This document shows positions 23,741-36,810 of a stretch of 64,000 nucleotides of DNA, piece after piece. Position numbers and translations under genes: made by a program. The stretch is taken from contig CM059432.1 in NCBI GenBank assembly GCA_030390025.1, positions 28,956,001-29,020,000 on the forward strand, in the 5' to 3' direction. The notes under the pieces are model-generated. The model was not told where the DNA came from, made no database searches, and saw nothing but the letters and a program-made list of their open reading frames with translations. How positions within the stretch are numbered: the stretch's first letter is position 1; each line of letters opens with the position of its first letter. Source of the stretch: Squalus acanthias (lineage: Eukaryota).

Positions 23741-23884
23741 CTGAAAAACTCCAGTTGAAATGAAATATAAGGCATATAGCATATAGCAAAACCAGAGATT
23801 CCACTGCTTGGACCAGTCAAGGAAGGGTTCATATTGTACACACCAACAAAGACCTCTAAGACAATCACCATCTGCTACAACAAC

Positions 23885-24017
23885 ACAAAAGCAAGATACT
23901 TCGGATGCTGGAAATCTGAAATAAAAATTGAAAATGCTGGAAAATACTCAGCAGGTCAGGCAGCATCAGTGGAGAGAGAAACAGAGTTAACGTTTCAGGT
24001 TGATGACCTTTCGTCAG
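23885..24017 (-). mobile_element. Penelope-like family A remnant, truncated at the hammerhead core
   Basis: Matches 15060-15185 and 47905-48001; ends at CUGACGA with the 5' stem-I strand lost. Confidence 0.75.
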
Positions 24018-25995
24018 CTACAAGTTTGTTCTACAAAGAGGAAAAGAGGAGGATCAGGCAGAACCATTGCTAGAGGAGGGATAAAAAGGCAGAGGAAGAA
24101 TAAATGGAAAAAATGACATGCAGCCAAGAAGAACATTGTGCTGGCCACTAATTGAGAACTATTCAATTAAGTTCCTAATACGGTCTCTGTACAATTAGAC
24201 CTGCCCAATTTATCTGCATAAAGTGGCCCAATAAATCTATTCTGATCAAGATACCTTAAGTATCATGCTTGACCAACCTTCCATGTACTGCTACCCATCT
24301 CAGCTATTGTCTGGCGTGCTGCTATTGTACAAAGTATATTTCTGTGGTGCTGAATGAGTGAGTAACTAAAGGGACTGTGAGACTAATAAAAAGAAAATAC
24401 TTCCTGTCTGTTGGAACCAGTCCTTCCACAGATTCGAGTCCAAAGTTTTTGAAGGCAACTGTGTCAGCTTGGAACAGTTGTTTAAGACTGGGAGGTGCCT
24501 TGCTAGCCCTTTTCTCACTGAATGCAGATGTTATACCTTACAAGAGCAGTGACGCACCCACCTCTGGGGTTAGTCCATATCCCTCCTTGTGTGACTCCTT
24601 CTCATACTGCCTCCCCGAGGGTGCACCAAGTTAAAAGTAGCATTTGTGCCATGCATGCTGTGGACAAATAGTAATACTCTGCTTAATCTGGGAAAGCTCA
24701 ATTTTACATTCTTCCTGATGTCTGAAAGCTTCTTGCGCATTCAATTTTCCTCTGGTGGACCTGGAAAATTGAATTAATTCTCCCTGCAATCTCCATTCAG
24801 ATGTCTTGGACTTCAGCTTTTACAGGAGGGCGCCTTTCTCCTCATGTCCATGGTTCAAAGATTTTTTTTTGTCAGAAAAATTACCCTCCCCCTTTAATGA
24901 CAAAAAGCAGCCCTTTATGAACTGCCTCTACTTTCCACGACTAATAGCATGTCTCCCTGCACTCAAAGAACATGAGCAGGGTACCTATAAAGAGAATGGT
25001 AGGGATTGTCTTTGCAAGATCTAGTAAGCCCAGCTCTCCTCACTATTGCCCTAATCCTGGCTGCATCCCAGTGACCCCAGCAATAATTTTGTCAGAATTG
25101 CAAAATTCGGGCACTGATTTTTTTTTTTGCTGTTCACCTTAATAGCATAAATAAGAAAGCAAGATGGGGAGAAAATGGATCCTTACTTCTAACAGCGCAG
25201 ACTGTGGAAGTAATGTTTACATTTTACATATTTGCCCGTGCAAAATTCAGACTGTCTGTTCGAAACCCGAGCAGTTGGGGGCGCTAGTAAGGCAATTCTA
25301 AATGTTTGGCATCGCATTCAGCGGAATTTGGAGACGCTTCCTGAGTGGAATTGATTGCACTTTCTCTTTAACCTAGGATCTTCCCTAATAGCATCTGAGC
25401 CTGTATTTTTGTAAATTAATGCTGAGTCTATAGAAATGGATCAAAGTCATTTCCCTCCTATTACAGCAATTATTTGATATGTTTACAGGGACAGCCTGCA
25501 GGGAGCTGGGTCAATCACTCACTAACCTCTCAGCGCACCCTGTCAGTCTGTGTCAGCACAGAGCAGAGAATCAGAATCATAGCGGGAGGGGAAAAGCAGG
25601 TCTGTGCCTGCCTGCTTGCCGACCCAGGGATTTAAAGTTACATTACTGGGTATATTAGTACAATTAGGGCTCACACAAGGAAAAGATTCAACGCTTGCCA
25701 ATTTAATTGGTACACTGTTAATAGGAACTAACAAGAAAAGCTGGTAGGACTACTGCCTCCTTGTAAATGTTCATTCTTATCCCTTTCAGTTTGCTCCTAA
25801 AATTCTGTGAGCTTCGCTCCACCACTCTCAGTCTGCTCTGTTCCTGATCCTGTCCCAAATCCCAAGGACAGGGTCATTTGCATAAAGGAGGTGCCCACAC
25901 CAAATCCAGCGCCCCCTGGCATACACCCCACACTTTGCCGCTCTGTTGGGCGGTGGGGTGGGGTGGGGGTGGGGGGGGAATGCTGTGGTTGAAAA

Positions 25996-26173
25996 GGGGG
26001 TGAATTTCCATGGGAGATTCCCCTGCTTGTCCACCGTAACTTCGGCGAAGGAGCCACAGAAACCCGAGAAATACGACCTGAATGGTGTTTAGGTCGCTTC
26101 TCTGGGGTTTCCGGGGCTCTTCTGCCAAAGTTACGGCAGATGAACGGGAGAACCTCCTCGAAAATTCACCCCT
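25996..26173. mobile_element. Short Harbinger-type MITE
   Basis: TIR GGGGGTGAATTT/AAATTCACCCCT; TSD AAA; older relatives near 55437-55590 and around Harbinger #3. Confidence 0.75.
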
Positions 26174-27951
26174 AAATTTGATTAAAAACCTGCTCCATTT
26201 GACCACTGCCGTTTTCCTAGCTGCAATCGATTGCTCCTCAATCAATTTACGTTAGTAAAGCGGCATTCTTCTGTCAGGGTGTTTCCCTGGCACGGAAGTT
26301 ACATCATTCAATTGCACTTTGCCTTGGGTGCAAAGGAGGCAGCACTGGCAGGATAATGTCATGCTACTAGTCCCACCACTTCCTTTGACATCAGCATAGG
26401 CGGGGGGGAGGGGGGAAACGTGCATTGGAATTTTATGGCATGAAAAATGAGGTGCAAACCGGGCAGAACCAGGTCCCACCCCAAATTCAGGCCCCTAGCC
26501 TGGTTTACACTTAAGAAATGCTCTCCCAGGCCCAGGAATTTCAAGTACCCAGACTTTCGGTTGTGTATGGCTCCATGGCCACCATCCTCCCTTCAGCACC
26601 TTGTCCAATTGTCCATTTCTCATGAATGGTGAATCCAGACAGTGTGCTGTCAGTCTTTTGGACTGTGAGAGTGAGGCTCCTCACAGCCAAGCTCAACTAC
26701 CTGAACAGACATACATTTTTCAGCAGTGGTTGTTGCAACATTAGGAAAAATGCTGATTAAAAAGAAATTTCTTGCATGCTTTGCATGAGTGGAATATATG
26801 CCTAGCCGATGGTACTTTGTGGTCTCCTCCTTTGCAAACTCTGTGCTTCTGATGATGTGCCTGTGGTACTGTCTGCTGTGCTCCCATTCTGATGGCAGTA
26901 ACTATTAGTGGAAGATGGCTGATCTGAGCGTGGAACTTCTGATTGTTCACTGGGAACAGATCAGTGGCAATCCTTGATGGGGAAAGTATGAAGGCAAGGA
27001 ATGCCTTGAATAGTCATGTACCAGTGCTCCTTGCTGTCCAAGAAGTGTGTTTAGGGCTGCATAAAATGAGTTATAACAAGAAATCAGTTCCAATTTCTTC
27101 CCTCTATGATGATCTACTGATTTTTGTCATCACGACCTGGGTGGTAATTTGGTGCAGTGGAAAAATGAAATGAAAATTGGGTGGGTTCTACTACAGGCAG
27201 ACGATCTGCTCCACCAGAGAACCACACTGTTTGGGAAGACGGGAAGGAGCTTTACTCTTCACATATGAATGAACTTGGAGACTTAAACATGGGTACTTAA
27301 AATGGGAAAACATTTTATTCCCCAGTAATAACATTTTTCACATTGGTAACTATATATTCTTAATGAATGTAACATACCGTGGCAGAGTTCTCCCTCCCGC
27401 TTGAAGATGTAGCCCTTGGCCCTTTAAACTCCATGTTGTAGGGTACTCGTTTGTTTGTTTTCAGCAGCCACCAGGGCTATCGTTTTTACCTGCTGTGATT
27501 TCCCTTTTTCTGCCAACACTGCATCAGGAAGTGACTTGATGTGCGTTGGCATCTTTCCCAGTGCCATCTGATCCTTATTGAACGTGTTGCAATGAGGCAT
27601 GAATTCACTCTCGGGCTCAGTTTAGTATGTTTTGCGTTTCAGTAATAAACTTGTGGTTGTTGATGCCGGGCGTTACTTTCTGATTGCCCTGGTATTAGAT
27701 TCTTTTGTTATTATTTTGTGTCCTGTAGCTATTTTAAGAATCTTCAAGATGATTGGTTGAGAAAGAAAAACAGTCTCTTACAAGAAATTGTTTTAGTTTT
27801 ACTCCGAGTTTTGATCCCTCCTTTCCTGAAGAAGCTAACGTGCTTGCATATGATTCCACAGGCACCATCAGCCCAAGTGACCATACTTCACATATAAGCC
27901 CAGACATAGGAAGATATAAACATAGAAAACATCAAGGCTGGAAAAGACTAT

Positions 27952-29148
27952 GGGGGTTAAATTGGCTAACACCCGCACGGTATGCGATCAACACGTGTCC
28001 GTTCATTGCGATGTAGGCAGCGCGTTAAATTCATACTGCCTGCTGTGTTATATGACTGCCGCATGCAGCCAGCACTACCCGCGCTGTTCATTGGCTGCAG
28101 GCATCAGCAGGGGGCCCCATAACGCGAGTGGCTAGCGCTGCTTAAAGGCAGCCTGCACCTCTTAAAGGGGAGGTGTATTGTGGCTGCAAGAAGTGGTGGG
28201 AGCTTTTTAAAAAGTGAACCAGGGCTGTGATACTTTGAGGAATGGCTGAACATGTGAGAGAGCGCACATCAAGGTTTTGTGACAATGCACTGAAGGTCTT
28301 GGTGCAAGACGTGGAGAGAAGGAGAGACATCCTGTATCCGCGGGGGTGGGGGGGGGAGGGGCAGGAAGCCCTCCAGACATATGCTCAGGAGGCAGTGGGA
28401 ATAAGTAGCGGTGGAGGTCAATATCAGGAGTGTAGCTCCAAGAACATGGATGCAGTGCAAGAAGAAGTTTAATGAGCTGACATGGGTTTTCAAGGTAAGT
28501 GAGTTCAACTTCAAATGGCATATCCTACCATCTGCACTACCACTAGCCTCATCCACTGCTCCATTCACTGCTGCCTCATCTGCCACCTACCAACAATCTC
28601 TAGCAATAGGTACTCAACTCTTTAATTCCTATGCTTTACCTCACTCTCATACACTTAGCACTGTTGCAAGCCTCGCACCCACACTCACAGCTCGTACACA
28701 CTGACGGCTATTTAATCATGACAGTCACATCACCCAAACATATTGCAGGACACTCACTGACTCACTTCCCTCTTTCTTGCAGGAGACGGTAACGCATAGC
28801 AGGAGGCTGCAGGAAAGAATTGGAGGAGGACAAACTCAGCTGCATGTTTTAACTCCCCATTGAGGAAACAGTGCTGACTATCATGGGAAGGGGTCACTGA
28901 GCCGTGGCCACTGGCACGGCTGGAGGGATCGATGATGAGTTTATCTGCATATCTAATCCTCATTCTCTCTTTTCACTTCTCCCTCATCCCACAATCTCTT
29001 CTGACTCACAAGCTGCAGAGGGTGTAAGCACACACTTCTTACTTTCTCTTCTCCCCTCACCGCAACCCAACCCTTGTCCCTTTTTCATTTCAGATACCCA
29101 AGAACTGGAACCTTCCCAGTTAGAGGAGGAAGAGGAACAAGACAGCGA
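27952..29148 (+). mobile_element. Harbinger transposon #4, left arm with decayed Myb/SANT gene (exon 1 28242-28494), truncated by CR1
   Basis: TIR-like GGGGGTTAAATT; MAEHVRERTSRFCDNALKVLVQDVERRRDILYP...RTWMQCKKKFNEL; AG|GTAAGT donor; homologous to the Myb side of #1. Confidence 0.8.
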
Positions 29149-29600
29149 ATAATACCACTATTCAAGAAAGAGGAGAAGGATACACCAGGAAACGACAGGC
29201 CAGTCAGTCTAACATCAGTGGTGGGAAAGTTATTGGAAATCATTATCAGGGACAAATTAACTTTCATTTGGAAAGGCATGGTTTAATCAAGGAAAGCCAG
29301 CATAGATTTGTTAAAGGCAAATTGTTCTGACTAATTTGATTGAATCTTTGATGAAGTAACAGAGAAGGTTGATCAAGGTAGAGCAGTAGATGTTGTACGT
29401 ATGGACTTTCGGAAGGCATTTGACAAAGTGCCACACAGGAGGCTTATTGAGAAGATGGAAGCTCACGTAATTAAGTGGAAAGTGATGGTATGGATACAAA
29501 ATTAGCTCACTGATAGAAAACAAAGGGTGGTGGTAGATGGATGTTTTTTCAGACTAGGAGGTGGTTTGCAGTGGTGTTCCCCAAGGGTCAGTTTTGGGTC
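29149..29600 (+). mobile_element. CR1 RT fragment (old)
   Basis: IIPLFKK...RPVSLTSVVGK...DFRKAFDKVPH. Confidence 0.85.
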
Positions 29601-30004
29601 TATTATGTTTTGCAATTTAGCCCCCCCCCTCCCCCCACCACCCCAGGTCTGTCCAGTCTTTCCTTGTGCTTCAAGCTGCTTGTCTAATTGGACCTTCGAA
29701 GGATCTAAGCTACTTGCCTTAGAACCTCCTTTGGTAAGTGAGTGAGTGTTGAAAGGATATTCAACTGAGGAAAGCTTCAAAGCTGAGTTGGGTCTTGTGC
29801 TTACCTGATATCTGTGTGCATGAGCGAATTATTAGATAGCTTTATAGAATCATACAGCACAGAAGCAGGCCATTCGGCCCTACGCAACTGTGCCGGTTCT
29901 TTGAAAGAGCTATCCAATTAGTCAGAAGTAGTAGTCTTAGTTGATGGCAGGCTCCATGTCAGGTGTAGTAGTAGTCAGGACATTATGAAGCAATTCCCCC
30001 ATGG

Positions 30005-31567
30005 GACAGAAGGCTGGAAACTATAGACCGGTTAGCCTAACATCTGTGGTAGGTAAAATTTTGGAGTCCATTATTAAGGAGACAGTAACGGGACATTTGG
30101 ATAATCATAATTTAATAGGACAAAGTCAGTACGGTTTTATGAAGGGGAAGTCATGTTTGACAAATTTGCTGGAGTTCTTTGAGGAAGTAACACACAGGGT
30201 GGATAAAGGGGAACCAGTGGATGTGGTGTATTTAGACTTCCAAAAGGCATTTGACAAGGTGCCACACAAAAGATTATTGCTTAAGATAAAAAATCATGGG
30301 ATTGGGGGTAATATTCTGGCATGGATAGAGGATTGGCTATCTAACAGAAGGCAGAGAGTTGGGATAAATGGTTCATTCTCAGACTGGCAATCAGTAACTA
30401 GTGGTGTTCCGCAGGGGTCAGTGCTGGGTCCCCAACTCTTTACAATCTATATTAACGATTTGGAGGAGGGGACCGAGGGTAACATATCAAAGTTTGCAGA
30501 TGATACTAAGATGGGAGGGAAAGTAGTGAGTGAGGAGGACATAAAAAATCTGCAAGGGGACATAGACAAGCTAAGTAAGTGGGCAGAGATTTGGCAGATG
30601 GAATACAATACTGGAAAGTGTGAGGTTATGCACTTTGGCAGGAAAAATAGTAGAGCAAGTTATTATCTAAATGGCAAGAAACTGGAAAGTACTGAAGTAC
30701 AAAGGGATCTGGGGGTCCTGGTGCACAAAACTCAAAAGGTTAGTATGCAGGTGCAGCAAGTGATTAAGAAGGCCAATGGAATGTTGGCTTTCATTGCTAA
30801 GGGGATAGAATATAAAAATAGGGAGGTATTGCTTCAGTTGTACAAGGTATTGGTGAGACCACACCTGGAATACTGCATACAGTTTTGGTGTCCATACTTA
30901 AGAAAAGACATACTTGCTCTCGAGTCAGTACAAAGAAGGTTCACTCGGTTAATCCCGGGGATGAGGGGATGGACATATGAGGAGAGGTTGGGTAGATTGG
31001 GACTCTACTCATTGGAGTTCAGAAGAATGAGAGGCGATCTTATTGAAACATATAAGATTGTGAAGGGGTTGGATCGGGTGGATGCGGGGAGGATGTTCCC
31101 GATGATGGGTGAAACTAGAACTAGGGTGCATAGTCTTAGAATAAGGGGCTGCTCTTTCAAAACTGAGATGAGAAGGAACTACTTCACTCAGAGGGTGGTA
31201 GGTCCATGGAATATGCTGCCCCAAAAAGCTGTAGAAGCTACATCATTACATAAATTTAAAACAGAAATAGACAGTTTCCTAGAAGTAAAGGGAATTAAGG
31301 GTTATGGGGAGCGGGCAGGAATTTGGACATGAGTCTAGGTTCGGATCGGTCATGGCCCTGTGGGTAGCGTAGTGGGCCCAGGGGCCGTGTAGCCTGATCC
31401 TGCTCCTATTTCGTGTGTCCAATTCTGTTAGGTTCAGGAGATGGTTCTGTGATAGTAGATTGGCGGTTAGGATCAGATCAGCCATGATCTTATTGAATGG
31501 CGGAGCAGGCTCGAGGGGCCAATTGGCCTACTCCTGCTCCTATTTCTTATGTTCTTATGTTCTTATG
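30005..31567 (+). mobile_element. Young CR1 LINE (double-tail subfamily), 5'-truncated, uninterrupted RT frame
   Basis: Open frame 30001-31332 (443 aa) with all RT motifs; (ttcttatg)n tail. Confidence 0.95.
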
Positions 31568-32904
31568 TTGCTCAGTCCCTAGGTAAATAAGGTTTCCATT
31601 ACAGCTGGGTCAACACAATAGTTGGCAGCGATAGAGATAATCATCTTTGAGATTTGGGTACAACACAGACATAACTGCCTCTAGTCAGCTCTCTTCCATT
31701 ACAATGTACACAGGATGCTCTTCTGACGTTTTCTCTAGCTAAAGCTAATTTTAGTGCCTCAACTGCTGCTCTGGCTGAGATCAGCAAATAGCATAGATCA
31801 GGAACTAAAGCTAGTTTGTGTGGCTTAGCAATATACTGGACCATCGAGAAGCTAAAAGAAAACTTAATGGAATAGGCACCATGTCAGAGCTCTGATATGC
31901 TATACTATGGAACATTAGGGCAGATATGGATGCTTCTGATTCATGCATACAAGCTGCAAAAAAGAACAAGAAAGACAGGGAAAGAGGATTATGGGTAAAG
32001 CCTGTAGATACAGAATAAGAGAAAATAAAACAATCATTAAATATAATAAATTGAGGCTCCACAGTTCATATCTAGCATTCCCCACTCCCAATAAAAGCAG
32101 TTAAGGATCTTTTAACTTGTCCAGCTAGGACCACCCTACCTATTAGAGCATTGACTTTAAGACTTATCTGAGCTCAGTGTGAAAAACTTCCAGCAGGTGA
32201 GGTACAAAATTAAGGAATCATACAACGAAAATCAAATTGTGAATGAGCGCCATAAGATTAATTATACATTTCTGAAAATGTTATGTTAGAAGTCTAAAAA
32301 CGTTATCTCTGTCCAATTTAATGATTTTCAGTGTAATGACTCAGGAATCCTTTGCCAGTTAGAACCAGCATCTCTCTCTAATGTAATGATCGAGGCTCAG
32401 CTGCCTCAGTTGTGTTGATTATAGATTTTACTCTTATGGTTTATTAGCATTCTGTGAACCCTGGAGCAGTGTTCCTATCACACACGCACACGCACACACA
32501 CACACAAAACCATAACTAACCTGCTATGGTTAGACAGAGCCCACTTTGGTATTGGTCATTCCCAGTGCAGTGATATATGCAGTGAGAAAGCTTATCAGGA
32601 ATTCAACTGTGGAGTTCAGCACACTGGCACGTTTTTCCTTCCAACACTAATTTGTAAAATCTATCCCTTTATGTTAACACAGAGAAAGTGCAGAACCATT
32701 TCCATTCTCAACATTCTAAAATATAACTGCAACTTACACTTATATAGCCACATTAATGTAATAAAACATCCCAAAATGCTTCACTGGATTGTGCAGTGAA
32801 CATTCAGATACTGTGTTCTCAGATGTTCTTTGTTTCTTTTTAAAACATTAACAGATCTCCCATAGCATCACTCAAAGGTAGTGTGGGGTCTGGAGCAGAG
32901 CTGC

Positions 32905-33500
32905 AACCCCATACCCTCTCCTTCACCAAGACCGCCTACATCAACCTCTGTAATATCGCTCGTCTCCGCTCCTGCCTCAGCCCGTCTGCTGCTGAAACCC
33001 TCATCCATGCTTTTGTTACCTCCAGACTCGACTATTCCAATTCTCTCCTGGCCAGCCTCCCATCTTCCACCGTAAACTTGAGCTAGTCAAAAACTCTGCT
33101 GCCTGTATCCTAACTCGCACTAAGTCCCGTTCACCCATCACCCCTGTATAGCTGACTTACATTGGTTCCCGGTCCAGCAATGCCTCGAATTTTCAATTCT
33201 CATCCTTGTGTTCAAATCCCTCCATGGCCTCGCCCCTCCCTTTTCCAGCCCTACACCCCTTGAGAACTCTGCATTCCTCCAATTCTGGCCTCTTGTGCAT
33301 CCCTGATTTCCTTCACTCGACCATTGGCAGCAACTCTCTCTTCCTTTAAGAGGCCCCTCAAAACCTACCTCTTTGACTAAGCTTTTGGTCATCTGTCCTA
33401 ATATCTCCTTATGTGGTTCGGTCTCAAATTTTGTCTGTTAATGCTCCTGTGAAGCGCCTTGGGATGTTTTACTATGTGAGCTGTGCTAAGTTGTTGTTGT
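32905..33500 (+). mobile_element. L2-type LINE 3' end
   Basis: AETLIHAFVTSRLDYSNSLL motif typical of L2 ORF2; (ttg)n tail. Confidence 0.85.
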
Positions 33501-34658
33501 TGTGATGTTTAGCTGCTAACCCATCCTGTCTCTTTAAAGCCACTGTGGGAATTCAGGTAATTATAGCTGCTTGCAAATTATTGCAGTGAGTTAGAGGTCA
33601 GTAGATTGCTTGTAAGTTTCAGGCTGCAGGTCAATAACTGGCTTTATTACTCTTTTTTAAAAGATTGTTTGCATCTGTAACGAAGTTTGACATCTGGAGT
33701 ATAATGGTATGTGCACGAGATGCAAGACTTTCAGAAACATCAGCAATTAACATTTACATAGCACATTTCACAAACGGAAAGACATTTTGGAGTCTTGTAC
33801 AATAAAGCGGAAAAGGATACAGTGGACAGTGATCAGGAGGGGAACAGATAGCGACTTAGGAGGGCTTTGAGAAAGCTATTTAAAGCAAGGAAGTAGTTGG
33901 CAAGGCAGAGGGGTAGGGAATTCCAGAGGGCAGGTAAGTCGTGGTTGATGGTGGATGGAGGGAGGGAAAAGAAAAGGAGAAGTCTACTTGGCTTCAATGG
34001 AAATAAAAATTGGGAGCGATGTAAAATGTGCTGCCAATTCGCTATCACCCATTTTACGCTATCGCTCAGAGTCAAAATGACCCCCTTGTTTCAAAATAAA
34101 TGGTTAAAAACATTGAGGTAAGTGTTGTACAAAGGGCCTGAGAACAGAACAGCTCTGGATTATTATGATCATGGTGACTGCACACAAGTGGCCTGATGAG
34201 GTTGACTCAACACAGGGACTTGTTTTGATGACAACATTGCCCGTGTGTCTCTAACACTCTACTCTTTGGTTATTATTTCTGTTTTTGTTTATATTTGACA
34301 TATTTTTGTGTTTTCTGACAGTAATTGCTGATTATATTGTCGGGGGGTTTGGACCTGTCTGAGTTATTGAGTCGGACAATCCAAAGGAGCTAATTAACAT
34401 CGCTAGAGATCAACGCAAAGCTTCAAAGAGCTTGTCATTTGCACTGTGTATTAATTTAGCTCCCTCAGTGTCGGGCTCTGTTGCTGCTCTGTGTTGGTGC
34501 CCCAGATGATAGGTAGCAGTGTTACTCACTGGTTGTTTGTCAGAAGCCAAAATCCCAGCCGAATTTCTTGCTCGAGGACCACCCTCAACAATCGTGCAGT
34601 GGCATATTGTACCTGGAATGATGTGACACAAATCTGAGCCCTCAATTCCCCACACATT

Positions 34659-34844
34659 GAGGGTAATTTTAACATTGGGCCATGGTGTTAAATGGGCAAT
34701 AGAGACTTGGCCACCCATTATACGCCCCGCCCAATTCTCCCTTCCATTGACTTCAATGGAAAAGAAAATTGGGCGTGCTACATAATAGGAGGCTAATTTG
34801 ATAGCGCCCATTTTACATCATCACTAAACGTTAAAATTATCTCC
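34659..34844. mobile_element. Fold-back MITE
   Basis: Ends gagggtaattttaac/gttaaaattatctcc; palindromic, centred on ccattgacttcaatgg (34744-34759). Confidence 0.75.
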
Positions 34845-34956
34845 AGTGTGCTCAATCATTGACTGGTTGCCAAGTTGAGGCCAAGCAGTTCCACACTATA
34901 GTTATGAGGAGAGACTGGAGATACTGGGTCTATTTTCACTGAAGCAGAGAAGGCTG

Positions 34957-36810
34957 CATAACAAATATGTAAAAAGAAAGAGGTTAGTAAAAACAAACGT
35001 AGGTCCCCTGCAGTCAGAAACAGGGGAAGTCATAATGGGGAACAAAGAAATGGCAGATCAATTGAACAAGTACTTTGGTTTGGTGTTTACTGTGGAGGAC
35101 ACAAACAACCTTCCGGAAATAAAAGAGATCAAAGGATCTGGTAAGAGGGAGGAGCTGAGGGAAATCCTTATCAGTCGGGAAAAGGTGTTGGGGAAATTGA
35201 TGAGACTGAAGGCTGATAAATCCCCAGGGCCTGATGGTCTGCATCCCAGAGTACTTAAGGAGGTGGCCTTGGAAATAGTGGATGCATTGACGATCATTTT
35301 CCAACATTCCTTAGACTCTGGATCAGTTCCGAAGGAGTGGAGGGTGGCTAATGTAACCCCTCTTTTTAAAAAAGGAGGGAGGGAGAAAGCAGGGAATTAT
35401 AGACCGGTCAGCCTGACATCGGTGGTGGGTAAAATGATGGAATCAATTATTAAAGATGTCATAACAGACCATTTGGAAAGTGGCGACATGATAGGTCCAA
35501 GTCAGCATGGATTTGTGAAAGGGAAATCATGCTTGACAAATCTTCTGGAATTTTTTGAGGATGTTTCCAATAGGGTGGACGGGGGGGGAACCAGTAGATG
35601 TGGTGTATTTGGACTTTCAGAAGGCCTTCGACAAGGTCCCACACAAGAGATTGGTGTGCAAAGTTAAAGCACATGGGATTGGGGGTAATGTGTTGACGTG
35701 GATTGAGAACTGGTTGGCACACAGGAAACAAAGAGTAGGAGTAAATGGGTACTTTTCAGAATGGCAGGCAGTGACCAGCGGGGTACCACAGGGTTCGGTG
35801 CTGGGGCCCCAGCTGTTTACATTATATATTAATGATTTGGACGAAGGGATTAATTGTAATATCTCCAAATTTGCGGATGACACTAAATTGGGAGGCAGTG
35901 TGAACAATGAGGAGGATGCTAGGAGGCTACAGAGTGACTTGGACAGGTTGGGTGAATGGGCAAATGTATGGCAGATGAAGTACAATGTGGATAAATGTGA
36001 GGTTATCCACTTTGGTGGTAAAAATAGGGAGGCAGACTATTACCTGAATGGTGGCAGATTAGGGAAAGGGGAGGTGCAACGAGACCTGGGCGTCATGGTA
36101 CATCAGTCACTGAAGGTGGGAAGGCAAGTGCAGCAGGCAGTCAAGAAAGCAAATGGCATGATGGCCTTCATAGCAAGGGGATTTGAGTACAGGAGTAGGG
36201 AGGTGATGCTACAGTTGTACAGGGCCTTGGTGAGGCCACACCTGGAGTATTGTGTGCAGTTTTGGTCTCCTAACTTGAGGAAGGACATTCTTGCTATTGA
36301 GGGAGTGCAACGAAGGTTCACTAGATTGATTCCTGGGATGGCCAGACTGACATATCAAGAAAGACTGGATCAACTGAACTTGTATCCTCTGGAGTTCAGA
36401 AGAATGAGGGGGAATCTTATAGAGACGTTTAAAATCCTGACTGGTTCAGACAAATTAGATGCGGGCAGAATGTTTCCAATGTTAGGGAAAACTAAAACCA
36501 GGGGTCACAGTCTAAGGATAAAGGGGAAGCCATTTAAGACTGAGATGAGGAGGAACTTCTTCACCCAGAGAGTGGTGAATCTGTGGAATTCTCTACCACA
36601 GAAGGTTGTTGAGGCCAGTTCGCTAAATATATTCAAAAGGGAGTTAGATATAATACTCACAACTAGGGGGATCAAGGGGTATGGCGTGAAAGCAGGAGTG
36701 GGGTACTGAGGCAGCATGTTCAGCCATGAAAGCATTAAATGGCGGTGCAGGCTCGAAGGACCGAATGGTCTACTCCTGCACCTATTTTCTATGTTTCTAT
36801 CATGTTTCTA
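34957..36810 (+). mobile_element. CR1 LINE, 5'-truncated, one frameshift in a G-run (~35581), nested in an older CR1 3' fragment (34900-37120)
   Basis: ORFs 35035-35667 and 35555-36709; tail (tttctatg)n. Confidence 0.93.

Noticed and set aside
30001..31332. Functional 443-aa gene
   Set aside because: 5'-truncated CR1 ORF2 lacking the endonuclease; the ATG comes from flanking sequence.
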